Positions 1-14,834 of a DNA stretch of 64,000 nt are shown here, piece by piece. The first letter of the stretch is position 1, and every line of letters starts with the position of its first letter. Origin of the DNA: Octopus vulgaris. Lineage: Eukaryota. The stretch is taken from NCBI GenBank assembly GCA_951406725.2, contig OX597825.1, forward strand, positions 68,820,001 to 68,884,000, in the 5' to 3' direction. Position numbers and translations under genes: made by a program. Under the pieces are notes generated by a model that was given only the letters and a program-made list of their open reading frames with translations, was not told the origin of the DNA and ran no database searches.

Positions 1-91
1 TCTTCCTTCTTTCTTTCTTTCCTTCCTTCCTTCCTTCCTTCCTTCTTTCTTTCTTTCTTTCCTTCCTTCCTTCCTTCCTTCCTTCCTTCCT

Positions 92-127
<36 letters not shown>

Positions 128-147
128 TCCTTCCTTCCTTCCTTATT

Positions 148-179
<32 letters not shown>

Positions 180-344
180 TCCTTCCTTCTTTCTTTCCTT
201 CCATCGTTCCTTCGTTCCTTCCTTATTTCCTTCCTTTCTTCTTCTTTCCTTTCTTCCTTCCTTCCTTCTTTCCTCCCCTTCCTTTCTTTCATCCATCCAT
301 TCTTTCTTTCCTTCTTTCCTTCTTTCTTTCTTTCTTTCTTTCCT

Positions 345-380
<36 letters not shown>
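1..380. repeat. Polypyrimidine microsatellite (TTTC)n/(TTCC)n
   Basis: Almost pure C/T tetranucleotide repeats, read directly. Confidence 0.95.
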
Positions 381-865
381 AGCCATGCAACCCGGTGTGC
401 TCCTATAATGAGTAAAACTGGAAGACACTATTGTTTTCATTTGTATGTAACCATAACACAAAGATGTTATTGGCATTATTCTTCAGCTTACGTTGGCATG
501 AGTTACGCTTCCTTCGTCTCCACCTGGATTCTTTTATTCTTTTACAATGAGTTAATGGAAGACAATAAACCCTTACTTCAGTCAGTTTACAAGACTTCAC
601 CTCGGTCTCAGAGAACGTATATAAAATCATAGACATTTAAACAACACCTAAAACAACCAATGCTGAAGCCGACCCCCCCCCCCCAAAAAAAAAAACACAA
701 AAAAACAAGTAAAATCCATGCAAAAATATATACAAATCCTTTATGAAAACACATATAAGTTCATAAATTTAAAAAAAATGCTTTTTCGTGTTACGTCGAT
801 TTTCGAGTTAAGTCACATCTTGAAACCAATTACCGACTTACCGACCTAATTTGAGGTAGATGAAC

Positions 866-1860
<995 letters not shown>

Positions 1861-2513
1861 CACACATTTGTATTTGTGCGTGAGTGTGTGTGTCAGTGTG
1901 TCCCAGCGTGTGCCTGCGTGTACATACTTCAAAACTGCTGACAACAAATGTATCGTTTGATTATATTAAATTATGCGAGTCATTATAGACCTGTATATGA
2001 AGAAGTATTTTTCTACTTATAGTCAAATTAACGTCAATTTTCTCTAAAACGATATCAAAATTAAGTTAGTGACATCGTCCCTTTTAAAATTTACAGCTCA
2101 ACTACAATTTCATCTTCGCTCACAATACAATGGAATATTCGCTTTTATTGAAATTAGACTTAGTTATTGAAAATTATTGAAAGTTATTGAAAATTATTGA
2201 AATTTTCAGATAGGAAAAGCAGATGTTTGTATTTAACTGTTTATTTTCAAATATATATCTTTTTATTTTTTCGCCTCTGACTTAAATGAATCCAGACATA
2301 TTATATATTATATGTAGGCAGAATTCTTAGTATGTATGCCGTACCAAATACTTACCAGCATTTCTTTCCGAGTTAAAATGTTGCCGTGGTCGATTTTGAT
2401 TTTCGTCTTTTCGGGGTTATGAAATAATACCAGTTGAACTGTGGCGTCGTTGTAGTCGACTAACCCCTCCACCAAGGTTTCAAACCGTGTGCCTATAATA
2501 GAATGGATTATTA

Positions 2514-2700
2514 AGGCGGTGAGATGGCAGAAACGTTAGCACGCCAGGCGAAATGCTTAGCGGTATTTTGTCTGCCGCTACGTTCTGAGTTCAAATTCCG
2601 CCGAGGTCGACTTTGCCTTTCATCCTTTCGGGGTCGATAAATTAAGTACCAGTTACGCACTGGGGTCGATGTAATCGACTTAATACCTATGTCTGTCCTT
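2514..2700 (+). mobile_element. tRNA-derived SINE, family A (AGGCGGCGAGCTGGCAGAAACGTTAGC head)
   Basis: A-box-like GAGATGGCAGAAACGTTAGC, B-box GAGTTCAAATTCC and body GCCTTTCATCCTTTCGGGGTCGATAAA. Many copies occur in the window. Confidence 0.85.
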
Positions 2701-2775
2701 GATTCTTATGGCTAAACGCGAAGTAACTAATTGATGGGTGGCAGGTAATAACTTTCCTAATGAAATTAAGAAACT

Positions 2776-2845
<70 letters not shown>

Positions 2846-3342
2846 TTCTTTCAGTTTCCGTCTATCAAAACCACTCGCAGAGTTTTGGTCGGCCCGAGGT
2901 TGTAGTAAAAGACATTTGCCCAAAATCACGCAGTGGAAGTGAACCCAGAACCATGTGGTTGGGAAGCAAATTTCTTACCACAAAGCCACACATATCAAAT
3001 ACCGCTAAGGTCAGATTTGCCTTTAATCCTTACAGGGTCGATAAAATAAAATATCAGGTAAATAGTGGATCGATGGTATCGGCTTAACCACTTGCTTCAA
3101 AATTACTGGCCTCCTTAGAGCCTCGAAAAAAATGCTTTGTGATATTTGTCGCGGCTCCTTTACGTTCTCAGTTAAAATTTGCATTCTGAGATAGGATATG
3201 GTACCAATCAAGTAATTGTATTTGATGTTACTGGCTTACGAAACTTTCTTCAAAGTTGTTACTAAGGCGCAGGTATAGGTATGTAGTTTCGGTTCAGACC
3301 AACTGGGCGGGAACTCGGGCAAATGTCATCTACTATTTTTAA

Positions 3343-4140
3343 GTCGGCGAACTCGCAGAAACGTTAGCACGCCGGGCGAAATGCTTAGCGGTATTTCGTC
3401 TGCCGCTATGTTCTGAGTTCAAATTCCGCCGAGGTCGACTTTGCCTTTCATCCTTTCGGGGTCGATTAAATAAGTACCAGTTACGCACTGGGGTCGATGT
3501 AATCGACTTAATCCGTTTGTCTGTCCTTGTTTGTCCCCTCTGTGTTTAACCCCTTGTGGGTAATAAAGAAATAGGTATTTTGTCTGCCGCTACGTTCTGA
3601 GTTCAAATTCCGCCGAGGTCGACTTTGCCTTTCATCCTTTCGGAGTCGATTAAATAAGTACCAGTTACGCACTGGGGTCGATATAATCGACTTAATCCGT
3701 TTGTATGTCCTTGTTTGTCCCCTCTATGTTTAGCCCCTTGTGGGCAGTAAAGAAACAAGGAAAGTTAGCACGCCGGGCAAATTGCTTAGCAGTATTTCGC
3801 ATGTTTTTACGGTTTGAATTCAAATTCCGCCGAGGTCGACTTTCATCCTTTCGGGGCCGATAAATTAAGTACCAGTTGCATACTGGGGTCGATCTAATCA
3901 ACTGAACCCCCTCCCCGCAAATTTCGGGTCTTGTGCCTTGAGTAGAAAAGAATCGTTAGCACGCCGTAAAAAAATGCCTTGTGGCAATTCTTCTGGCTTT
4001 GTGCCCTGAGCTCAAATGCTGCTGAGGACAACTTTATCTTTCATCATTTAGGGGGTAGCTAGAATCTGTACCAACTGCGCACTGGGGTCGACGTAATCAA
4101 CTTCAGCCTCCCCACGAACATTTCTTGTCTTGTGCCAAAA
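3343..4140 (+). mobile_element. Cluster/tandem multimer of SINE family A
   Basis: Head at about 3343, an internal ~183-bp unit repeated through the AAGAAATAGGTATTT junction at about 3570, then further diverged copies. Confidence 0.85.
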
Positions 4141-5749
4141 ATGATAAAGAATTATATATTTTAAATATTACAAAGTCATAGACGAAGTAGCCAAGTAGTT
4201 ATATAGAACGCTTTGCGATATTTATTCTGAGCTCCTGAGTTCAAATACCGTTAGGATCAACTTTACATTTCCTTCTTCTTTCGGTGATGATAAATATCTG
4301 TCAAGGGATTGGCGTAATTATTAGAGAATCGGATGGAATGACTTACGGTACTGTTCTGGTTCTGTGCTTCTGAAGTTCAAATCTCACTATGTCACCGAAA
4401 CACAATGGCACTGCTGTCAAGAAATGAAGCTGAAAAATAGTATGACACTCCCCCCCTCAAAAAAAACAAACAAACAAAAAAAACAACAACTACAAAAAAC
4501 AATGGAAAGTAGTTTTCTTGGTTTGGTCCAAAGAATGACTGACACGATAAGTACATTAAATATTTATTTTATTGTTGTAGTTGTTGTAAGTGATCAAAAC
4601 TCTGATCAAAACTCTGATCAAAACTCAGAGTACAGACTTAAGTCTCAAATAAATTCCATCCATGAGCGTCCTATGTTTTAATGCTATATTCAGCTACTAT
4701 TATCTAATGCCTCATTTTGCTTTTTAAGACGATATGTTGTTAACGGAGGCGGGAATTCGACTGTTATTTCTTGTAGGTCACATGACCACCGATATATCAC
4801 TCTGACATCTAATTTTTCGATGCTTCTGTTCTGTGCAATCCTTAAGTAAAATTCTGACTACAAACAAATACTTCAAACTTTTCAACGCATACAATGTTAA
4901 GGTAAGTTATTGTAACGTCGGGAGCCTCACTTATCGAACACACCTTACATTCTGTAGCGATTCATGAAACAAATATTAGTTGATAGAATAAGCACCAGAC
5001 TTAAAATAAGTACTGAAATCAATTCGATCGATTAAACTATTCATGCTTATTCCCCAGTTTGGTTGCAGTCCTGTGACCAAAATATGTAAAAGAGTGTAAG
5101 AATAAAATAAAAGAATAAGAGAATATGCCAACGTGTATAACGTGCGGATATTTTTGGTTCACATTCCGGTTTGTTGAAATGGTCTGTAATTATTCTAATT
5201 GACTACTGCATCATATTTCTGAGAATTAAAGTAGCGATATCAGTTCCTTCTCTAATGTAGACGGAGAAACTAATTTAGCAGGAAACTTTAAATGGCTTCT
5301 GTATTTGTTTGGCTAGAATATCCTATTTAGGAACATATCTGTCTTGAGCTTCAAATGTTAGAGACCTCTTAAAACATCTCATATACGTCAAGCAGTGTCA
5401 GATCTACATGACTCTTCTGGACACTGATTTGATTTCTCGTATTCATCAAAATAAAATGAAATTTCATACTACGTTCATGTCTTTGAAACCAGAAAAGTTC
5501 CAATATAATTAAGTGGCAGCAACTAAATGTTAAGTGTTCTTCGAATAATTCACTTTCTATGTATATCAGACTTTCTCTAAAAAGATTATAATAAAGATGG
5601 CTTGGCGAACCGGAATTTCTTCTTTAAAAATATTGTAGGCCTTTCTCTTGATTTTCTCATTCGATTTGGTATTTAGATTAATTTAGTCTTTGATATGTGC
5701 ATCGCAGGAGGAGGCGCAATTATATATAGGCGCATGTGTGGGCACATAG

Positions 5750-6076
5750 ATGCAGACGTGGCTAAGAAGTTTGCTTTCAATCCACATGGTTCAGCCTTCA
5801 AATATAGTTCTCAGTCGACCAAAGGCATGTGAGTGAATTTAGTAGACGGAAACTTAAATAAGCCCGTTTGTGTGTCTGTCTTTGTCCCCCCAACATCGCT
5901 TGACAACCGATGCTGGTGTGCTTATGTCTCCGTAATCTAGCGGTTCGGCAAAAAAGACCGATAGAATAAGTACTAGGCTTACAAAGAATAAGCCCTGAGG
6001 TTTATTTGCTCGACGAAACGCGGTGTTCCTGTATGGCCACAGTCAAATGACTGAAACAAGTAAAAGAGTAAAAGAG
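5750..6076 (+). mobile_element. tRNA-derived SINE, family B (GGCGCAGGAGTGGCTGTGTGG head, AGTAAAAG tail), diverged
   Basis: Matches the family B body GACGGAAAC...CATCGCTTGACAACCGATGCTGG...CAAATGACTGAAACAAGTAAAAGAGTAAAAGAG. Confidence 0.8.
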
Positions 6077-6541
6077 TTCAGTGTTATTGCAATTTATTTA
6101 GTGTTACGCAATTTGATAAAACATAGAAAGAGGTATCTATATTTATAGAGGTACTTATACAAGTTCAAAATTTATACAGATTCTTTCCTTTCCTGAAATG
6201 TGCAGATTCTGTACGAGGTCTGATCAATACGTATTCGGACTGGCTGAACGAAATAAAGGATAGAAAAAAAGCATGAAAATTTTGCAGCAAGAACTGTGGA
6301 GTGGAGAATAATTTTCCAGAAATAGTAGAAAAGGCTACGAAGTTTTAGTTTCTTAATTTCATTAGGAACGTTATTGACTGTCGCGCATCAATTAGTTACT
6401 TCGCGTTTAGCCATAAGAACCCAATATACAGTATGTTGTTAAGTGCTTGAAATTATATGGCTTTCATTAAGTTTTAGAATTGTTTAATATCGGTTATTAC
6501 ATGGCGCATCTTTTCAATGCTTTCCTAAGCAAACACACACG

Positions 6542-6573
<32 letters not shown>

Positions 6574-6724
6574 TGTATGTATGTATGTATGTATGTATGT
6601 ATGTATGTATGTATGTATGTATGTATGTATGCCTGTATGTATGTATGTATGTATGTATGTATGTATGTATGTATGTATGTATGTATGTATGTATGTACGT
6701 GCGTATGTATGTAAGTATGTGAAA

Positions 6725-7000
6725 ACCCTCTTCGATCATGAATGACCATGAGGTTGCACCTAGAAAGCACAAATCCGAGTAAGGTTGTTTATGGAAGGCC
6801 AGTAGTCGCCCATGCATACCAGCCTCCCCTCTCCATGCCATTGATGTTATCCAAGGGAGGGGCAAAGGGGCCAATACAGCTTGGCACTAGTGACCAGCAA
6901 CGCATTTCTACAGCTGAGTGAACTGGAGCAACGTGAAATAAAGTGTCTTGCTCAAGAACACAACACACAGCCCGGCTCGGGAATCGAACTCACTACCTCC
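6725..7000 (-). mobile_element. tRNA-derived SINE, family D
   Basis: Minus strand reads GAGTTCGATTCCCG...TCTTGAGCAAGACACTTTATTTCACG. Homologues lie at about 14525-14770, 48960-49080 and 62210-62400. Confidence 0.75.
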
Positions 7001-7504
7001 AAGGATCTAAATGTAAGAAGTTAAAAAGCTTCGAGCAGTTCGTCTTAGGTATAAAAAAATAACGTTGAGGAACAATAATAATTTATTGATGTCAAAAGTT
7101 GTAGGCTATTTCTCATATCGAAGTTCAAAAAGCCGTAACTATGAATGCGAATAAAAATCTAAATTGAGAGAGTGGAACAGGTAATTGAGGTAGTAGCTAG
7201 GTCAGTGCCCCTCGTTGAGTAATTATAGGAAACATTTATGTAGCCTAGATTTTACCTGTGCCACTCCCACAAATTGGATTCTACATACATGCATACATAC
7301 ATGCATACATACATAAATACATACTACATACACACACACGCACACACATACACATATACATATATGTAATATATATATATGTTACATATATTACATATAT
7401 ATATATATATAAAAGAAAGAAAGATATGTAATATATGTAATATATATATATATATGTTACATATATTACACACCGACATATATATATGTATTATTATATA
7501 TATA

Positions 7505-7663
<159 letters not shown>

Positions 7664-8222
7664 GTATATATATTTCTATAAATCTTCTGAAGCATACGAA
7701 CTACCAGTGTTTGGCACAAACCGGAAAGTGGTTTGTCATTGCGATTTAGAGTTCTAAGAATTTAAAAATCTGATAAAACGCCTGACTGAAATGCCAAGTC
7801 AAAGAACACAGTTACAAAGATTCGAGATAATCGAAGTCAGAAATAATTTATCAAAGCCTATGGCTGCATGTATCACAGCTTTTCCACGGCTTCTTTTAGA
7901 TTTTTCGATATGTCTTTAAATTGAGATCAAATGTTTGTTTCAAGTTCCCAAGGTATTTTATTGGTGTCACTATTTTTTTACTTGCTTTTCTTCTTCTTCA
8001 TCTAAGGTTGCCTTTAAAAATCATTTTATTGTTTGGTTTTGGAGTTGTAGTCAATTGTTATACCACATTTGTTTTCTCGTTATGCGTCCGAGATTTATAT
8101 ACGTATGTACTACGTATATTTGCAATATGTACTTGTATGTATGTATGTATGTATGTATGTATGTATGTATGTATGTATGTATGTATGTATGTATGTACGT
8201 ATGTATATATATATGTATGCGT

Positions 8223-8267
<45 letters not shown>

Positions 8268-8372
8268 CATACACAAACATATATATATATAGGTATATAT
8301 ATTCAGGTATGTGTGTGTGTGTATATGTATACATACATATATATGTATATGTATGTATATATATATATAAAC

Positions 8373-8417
<45 letters not shown>

Positions 8418-8472
8418 CATATATATATACATATATATATATACATATATATATACACGTATATATATATAC

Positions 8473-8587
<115 letters not shown>

Positions 8588-8592
8588 TGTGA

Positions 8593-8626
<34 letters not shown>

Positions 8627-8780
8627 CTGTATATCCTTTATTCTTGTTGAATTCTTTTATTGCTGCTGTATAAAATATGCAGAGTCTAGCCTAGAGGTAT
8701 ATATACGATCAGAAGACTTTACACTTTATAATGAATACCTTTAATATTTAACAGAAAATTCTTTTGCTTCTACTCGAAGT

Positions 8781-8814
<34 letters not shown>

Positions 8815-9049
8815 TTTTATTCTTTTATTTGTTTCAGTTATTTGACTGTGGCCATGCTGGAGCACCGCCTTTATTCGAACAAATTGACACTAGGATTTAT
8901 TATTTGTAAGCCTAGGACTTATTCTATCGGTCTTTTACGTCGAACCGCTAGATTACGGGGACGGAAACACACCAACATCGGTTGTCAAGGGTTGATGGGG
9001 GACAAAGACACGCAAACAAACTTACAAACATACATACACACACACACTT

Positions 9050-9084
<35 letters not shown>

Positions 9085-9217
9085 CGACAGGCTTCTTTCA
9101 GTTTCTGTCTACCAAATCCACTCACAAGGCTTTGGTCGGTCCGAGCCTATAGTAGGACTGAACCCATAATCATGAGGTTGGTAAGCAAGTTATTTACCAC
9201 ACAACCACTCCTGCGCC
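8815..9217 (-). mobile_element. SINE family B with internal microsatellite
   Basis: Reverse complement of the family B consensus with an internal (CA)n/(TA)n tract. Confidence 0.85.
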
Positions 9218-9224
9218 GTCTCCC

Positions 9225-9735
9225 CAAAACATGTACCGAGTGTGATAAAAACTAAAGATCCAGTCAACATCATGGTGTTTGGAGTGATCATTAGTGATGG
9301 TGACGTTATGCTTCCATTCATCTTCCAACACGGCCTCAGACTTAACATGGAGGCCTACATCAAGTGCCTGGAGGAGATAGTGCTACCCTTGGTCAAGTGG
9401 GTGGCAGCTGAAAGACCCTGTGTCTGGCAACAGGACTCTGCACCATGTCACATAAGTAGGAGAACCCAGTCATGGCTGAGACAATTTCTACGACCATATA
9501 ACCCTAAGCATCTAGCCACCTAACCCCACAGTCTGCAACCTCCTTGATTATTATGTGTAGAGTGCAGTTGAGCGAGAGACCAACAAACCCCTTGTAACAC
9601 CAAAGGTTAACGGTTCGGCAAGGATTATACCAGCATTCACCAATTTAAACAAGGAGGCCTTCCAGGAGAGTTGTAGGGGGTTCCGAAGTCGTCTGGTGGT
9701 CGTGGTTGAAACCAATAGCGATTTTATTGAATAAA
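9225..9735 (+). pseudogene. Tc1/mariner-superfamily transposase C-terminal fragment, probably DD37D (maT)
   Basis: Translation IMVFGVIISDG...WQQDSAPCH, then after a frameshift *PPNPTVCNLLDYYV* (a decayed WPPNSPDxNPLDYxxW). About 37 residues separate the second and third Asp after frameshift repair. Stops are present. Confidence 0.85.
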
Positions 9736-9907
9736 ATTACTCTTTAGTATTTTAAGATATTTTTATGTAATCTTGGTGAATATATGTTAAAATAGGACAT
9801 CATTGTTATTTTCAATTTTGTGTAAGTTAGACGACCGTTTTACTATTTACTATTTATTGTTTATGTACTTTATTGATTTTTCGAATAAGGTTTTTATAGT
9901 ATATTTA

Positions 9908-9989
<82 letters not shown>

Positions 9990-10920
9990 ATTATATATAT
10001 AACAAGGGCGCTATGTAGCATCAGCTTTGCTAAAAATCGGAGTCATAAATACTTCGAAGCCACAAAATTTTACACTGGATTTTTCACAGGCATAGTCGGA
10101 AAAGAACTAAGTGAATAAGGATTGCGTCTTGCCTCTGCAAAATTATTGCAAGAAGGAATGCCAGTTAAGCTGGTATCATGATTTCGAATTTAGTGCCAAA
10201 AGCCCTTAATTCTCTTCAGCTAAGTCTGTTCTTAACAAACCTCTTTATCACTTCAACCAAAGTCTGCGTTCGCTTCAATGTCCAAGCCGCATTGAGAAAA
10301 CGAACTAAGTGAATAAATTTATAAATATATAAAGAACATTGATACACATGAGAGATAATAATGTTAGTGGGCGCAAGCTTAAAACAGTAATAGGCGAAAT
10401 TAATAGATATATGTCATACCTTGATACTGCGTGGACTAAGATCTCCGTTGACAGTATTAAACACTTTCGGTTTGAAAATCAGGGACTCCTTCATAGAGTA
10501 ACTGCTGCATTTGTTGAGTATATAAACAGTTTGGCTGTTTGTTTCCCTGTAAATTGTCAAAATGATATGGACGCCTCTGATAAGTACCCAATAAGGTTCG
10601 GAAATCGATTATGGTTGTTCGTAATTTGTTTATTTAGTCTGAAGAGAAATGGCTAAAATTTGCACTGTTTATGATTATACCATATGCTATGTATATAACA
10701 AGGACGCTATGAAGCACCAGCTTTGCTCAAAATAGGAGCCAAAAATACTCCAAAGCCATAAAAATTAACACTATGACTACAATTTTTAGCGAAGCCGGTA
10801 GCTGGTACTTCATAGCAGCCTTGTTATAAAGAATTCTTATACATATCTATTAATTTTGCATATACGATTTTAAGCTTGCGGCCACTAACATTATTATCTT
10901 TCATGAATATTAATGTTCTT

Positions 10921-10974
<54 letters not shown>

Positions 10975-11584
10975 CATATATATATGCGTCTATATATATA
11001 TATATATGTATATATGTGTGTGTGTGTAAAATAAAAGAGTAAAATGAACAACTATACAAATAATAATAGCAACAACAGAAAAATCATGAGAAATGTTAAA
11101 TTAGAGACAGCTTTGGGGAGTGAAGCATTACATTTTTTTATGCAATTTTACATGGAGTAAAGAGAAGTAAAGAGAAGTACAGACGGCTTCATTAGCATGT
11201 CGTAACTTTTAAATATTGCGCACAGCAAGAGAAATAGTAATCAAATTTACCTCGCGTCACGTCATGCCATCTTAAGAAAGGAAACACGCACTGGATAATG
11301 CTGGACTGGATATAGTATTGCTTAAAGAAATACAAAGGAAAACAAGTAAAATTTTACGTTTTTAACATATATGATCGTAGATCTGTTCCGTTTGGACTAC
11401 TCTGAGGTTAAATAACAACAACAACAGCCACAACAATAAACAAGATATGATTTACTCTGTTTATTTTATTTACTGTTCTCAGTGCATTGAGTTTTATGGG
11501 GCACATTCGGTCGGCCATGTTCTCAATCAGTTGATTGGTCACAAGGTTGGTAGTATTATGGTTCACATTTGTTATTTTTCTTAC

Positions 11585-11770
11585 TTCTTTATTGCCCACA
11601 AGGGCCTAAACATAGAGGGGACATACAAGGACACACAAAGGGATTAAGTCATTTACATCGACTCCAGTGCGTAACTGGTATATGTTTATCGACCCCGAAA
11701 GGATGAAAGGCAAAGCCAACCTCGGCGGAATTTTTGAAATACTGCTAAAGTTTCTGCCAGCTTGCCGCCT
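11585..11770 (-). mobile_element. SINE family A (internally deleted)
   Basis: Reverse complement of the family A body and tail. Confidence 0.8.
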
Positions 11771-11899
11771 TTTTTCTAAGTATTTTCTAGGTATTTGTAG
11801 ATGATTCTGTTACAGGGTTAATAACGTAGTCATGTGGCTGGTGAGATGCTTTAACATGTTTGGTCACGAGGCTAACTGTATTCGCAATGTTCGTTCTTT

Positions 11900-12260
11900 T
11901 CGTGAGATAACCGAGGTTGTATCTGCTTTGAAGTTATTCTTCAGGAACTATGATATATAGCGGCCCTTAGAGAAGAATTCAGATCTTTGTTTAAGATTGA
12001 GGCGGAGTGTCGATGGCGTCAGGGTTCTCTGAGAGAAAACGTTCGCTGATCTTAGATACATTTGTTTATACTCTCTCTCTAACTGCTCTTGTGATGTTTG
12101 CGCATTTCTAAGTCGTTCGATTTCCAAATATTTTTGGGTAGTACTGTGAATTTTTCATATGGCGGTGTTGAATGCACCATTGCGTTAACTCCAAACAGCT
12201 TCGAAATCTGTTTTATATTAACTTTATATAGCAGGATGAAATGTTGTGGGAAGGTACCTC
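11900..12260 (-). pseudogene. Degraded Penelope-like element, C-terminal (GIY-YIG-associated) coding remnant
   Basis: Minus-strand fragments TVLPKNIWK, KISERFL and LKQRSEFFSKGRYIS*FLKNNFK resemble the PLE C-terminal pattern LSKHIW...CxLCxxEK...LNKRSELxSKCRH (recalled, not searched). It adjoins a fold-back, hammerhead-bearing repeat. Confidence 0.5.
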
Positions 12261-12263
12261 AGT

Positions 12264-13002
12264 GCAATTTGTCCGTAGATCTTCAGTGTGACCGTCTATA
12301 CAAATATAATTTGTAGAACTATACACGAGGGCGTCCGCACAAGGTGGGACTTGTATCTAGTTTTACTGCAGAAAATAATTTACTACAGTGGCTTTTGCTG
12401 GTTAGAGAACGTATTAATTTAAGTTTGAATTTAAAATGAAGGTGAGGAATTAGATATGAATTTAATTAACATCAATTTAACACCAGTGGTCTAACATATT
12501 AAAATCTAAAGGTTAATTTACTGCAGTAAATTATTTTCTGCAGTATTGTTTTCCGGTAATTTAGCGCGCCAAAACGAGAACTTTTGAAAAATAACTGCAA
12601 GTATAATAGGTAGAAATAGATACAAGTCCCACCTCATGCGGACGCCCTCGTGTATAGTTCTGCAAATTATATTTGTATAGACGGTCACACTGATGATCTA
12701 AGGACAAATTGCGTAAGTAGAATTACGCAATCTGTTAATAGTGAAAGATGTACGTGAATAATCTATATTTTTGTTACTTTTCATTTGTCTTGCTCGTTCT
12801 GGTGTTTGCTAAATTTTTCTTGAGAACATTTCTTAGTGGTAAGACCACAGCGGATCTACTTCTAGCATAAGGGTTGTCCACATAGTGGTCATCATTCTCA
12901 TATGTATATAATGCAATTTACTGATTTTAATATACTATACAACTTGGTGTTAAACTGATGTTAATTAAATTTAATATCCAATTTGTCATCCTCATTTTAA
13001 AT
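12264..13002. mobile_element. Penelope-type pseudo-LTR-like repeat with nested inverted duplications
   Basis: About 96-bp arms at 12264-12359 and 12617-12712, plus further inverted pairs 12364-12388/12520-12545 and 12430-12485/12945-13002. A homologue lies at 60605-60925. Confidence 0.6.
12687..12735 (+). ncRNA. Degenerate type I hammerhead motif with long stem III
   Basis: ACA-CTGATGA-TC TAAG GA-CAAA-TTGCGTAA/TTACGCAA-TC-TGT. The GAAA box is damaged (CAAA). Confidence 0.5.
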
Positions 13003-13279
13003 ATATATGCATATATATTATTTTATGTTTCAGTCATTTGACTGCAGCCATGCTGGAGAACATAGTGGTCATCCCTCTCATATGTATTTATATTTATGTA
13101 TTGGCTTATGTTTTTCACTGTTTGATTTACATGATAGTGGTTTTATCTCTAATTTAATATATATATATATATATATATAAAGTTAATCCAAACAAGAAAA
13201 CACAGAAAAAAAACACAGCAACGCGAGGACGTGGAACAATTAAAGTATTATTTGACGCTCAGGAAAGAAGGGAAGGATG

Positions 13280-13314
13280 GTTTAACGTTTCGAGCGGAGC
13301 TCTTCGTCGGAAAC
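13280..13314 (-). ncRNA. Minimal type I hammerhead motif (variant core CCGACGA)
   Basis: Minus strand: GTTT-CCGACGA-A-GAGC TCC GCTC-GAAA-CG-TT-AAAC. Stem I GTTT/AAAC, stem II GAGC/GCTC, palindromic AACGTT. It lies in a ~200-bp element between (TA)n tracts. Confidence 0.65.
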
Positions 13315-13419
13315 AAAGGAGAAAGAAAGATCCCGAGAAGGGAAGACAGAGGAAAAAAATTTTTTTGCTGGTGGTGCTCAAGAGATCACATGTTGATATA
13401 TATATATATATATATATAA

Positions 13420-13476
<57 letters not shown>

Positions 13477-13937
13477 TGGACTACCGTCTGTCGAATCATT
13501 CTCAAACGGTAGTAGTAAATTCGTGTGTAAAATTGAACACATTCGCTCAGTGAACCAAGTATATTCGAATCCAATCCAGAACTACTTTCATATCAACGGA
13601 CGTCTTTAACGGCATAATGGTGCTCGCAGTTATGAATGGAGTAGAAAACTAACTGAGAAGATTATGACACGTCTGAATTTCTTGTCTCCTAAGTCACTTA
13701 TTCTGGGAATATGAAAATATAAATCAGCGAAATAGTCTTCAGAATAATGCATAATGGAAAATAAATTGGTTACTTGCATTACCAGTAATTGTGAACTATT
13801 AATGGATTTCTCCATAAGTAACGGACAGAGGAAAAATATATCAGAAATAAGAAAAAATCCCACAGAGGAGATTTTGCAATTAATAGTTATTAAATTTGAA
13901 ATTAGAAAAGACGAGGAAAGAATATATATATATATGA

Positions 13938-14330
13938 CTAGCAGTATCGCCCGGCGTTGCTCGGGTTTGTAAGGGAAATAACTATACAGCATTTTTAGAG
14001 AGTTATAGCCAAAAAATGGCAAAAAAATGCATTAAAAATGGAAAAAATATGATGGTAAATTTTTTAAAAAATCGTTGACTCATCGTAGACATTTTAGAGA
14101 GTTACTTCCCTTATATTTAAAAAAATATGCATTAAAATGGAAAAAATGATGGTAAATTATTTTTAAAATCTTAGACTCATCGTAGACGCGTGCTAATACC
14201 CAGAAGGGCTCGATATGAATCACGACTATAAGATACCCGGTTTTGGTTAAACTGCACCGCAAAATGTGGGAGTAGTTAGGAATCTAAATCGGAGTAGACA
14301 GACACACAACTTCACTTTTATATATAAAGA
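13938..14330 (-). mobile_element. Non-autonomous Helitron
   Basis: Minus strand begins A|TCTTTATATATAAAAG and ends with hairpin CCCGAGCAACGCCGGG followed by CTAG|T. It is inserted between A and T with no target-site duplication. Confidence 0.85.
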
Positions 14331-14524
14331 TTTAACAATAGGGAAATATATATGAATGTAAATATGTTTCATACGTCGGGACAATCATCATTTGTATATG
14401 CTTGCGCACCGCTTTATGTCTGTTTCAGTCTCTCTAATACAGACAGACAGACAGACAGACACATACACACACACACACGCATATATATATATATATATAC
14501 ATGCATATATATAAAACTAAAAAA

Positions 14525-14767
14525 GACTAGACTCCGTCGGTTACGAATAACCATGGAAAACCAGCAGTCACCAAGCATACTAGCTGCCCCTCTCCATGCC
14601 ACTGATGTTATCCAAGGGAAAGGCAAAGGCTGATACAGCTTGGCACCAGTGAAACCACAACTCATTTTTACAGCTGAGTGGACTGGAGGAACGTGAAATA
14701 AAGTGTCTTCCTTAAGAACACAACACGCAACCTAGTCTAAGCTCAACACTAGGCACTGAGCTATGTG

Positions 14768-14770
<3 letters not shown>
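14525..14770 (-). mobile_element. SINE family D
   Basis: Homologous to 6725-7000. The 3' end TCGTAACCGACGGAGT is shared with the SINE at 56372. Confidence 0.75.

Positions 14771-14834
<64 letters not shown>

Noticed and set aside
2514-2600. tRNA-like A/B boxes at SINE heads
   Set aside because: They form no full cloverleaf and are SINE promoters rather than tRNA genes.
3343-3960. Regularly spaced repeats with GTCGAC palindromes, superficially CRISPR-like
   Set aside because: Whole ~184-bp units repeat with no unique spacers, there are no cas genes and the context is eukaryotic.
8764-9255. Recurrent peptides such as FSHLTAAMLEHRL, RLPNPLTRLWS and RPRKDERQSRPRRNLNS
   Set aside because: They are chance frames through SINE families A and B and recur because the SINEs do.
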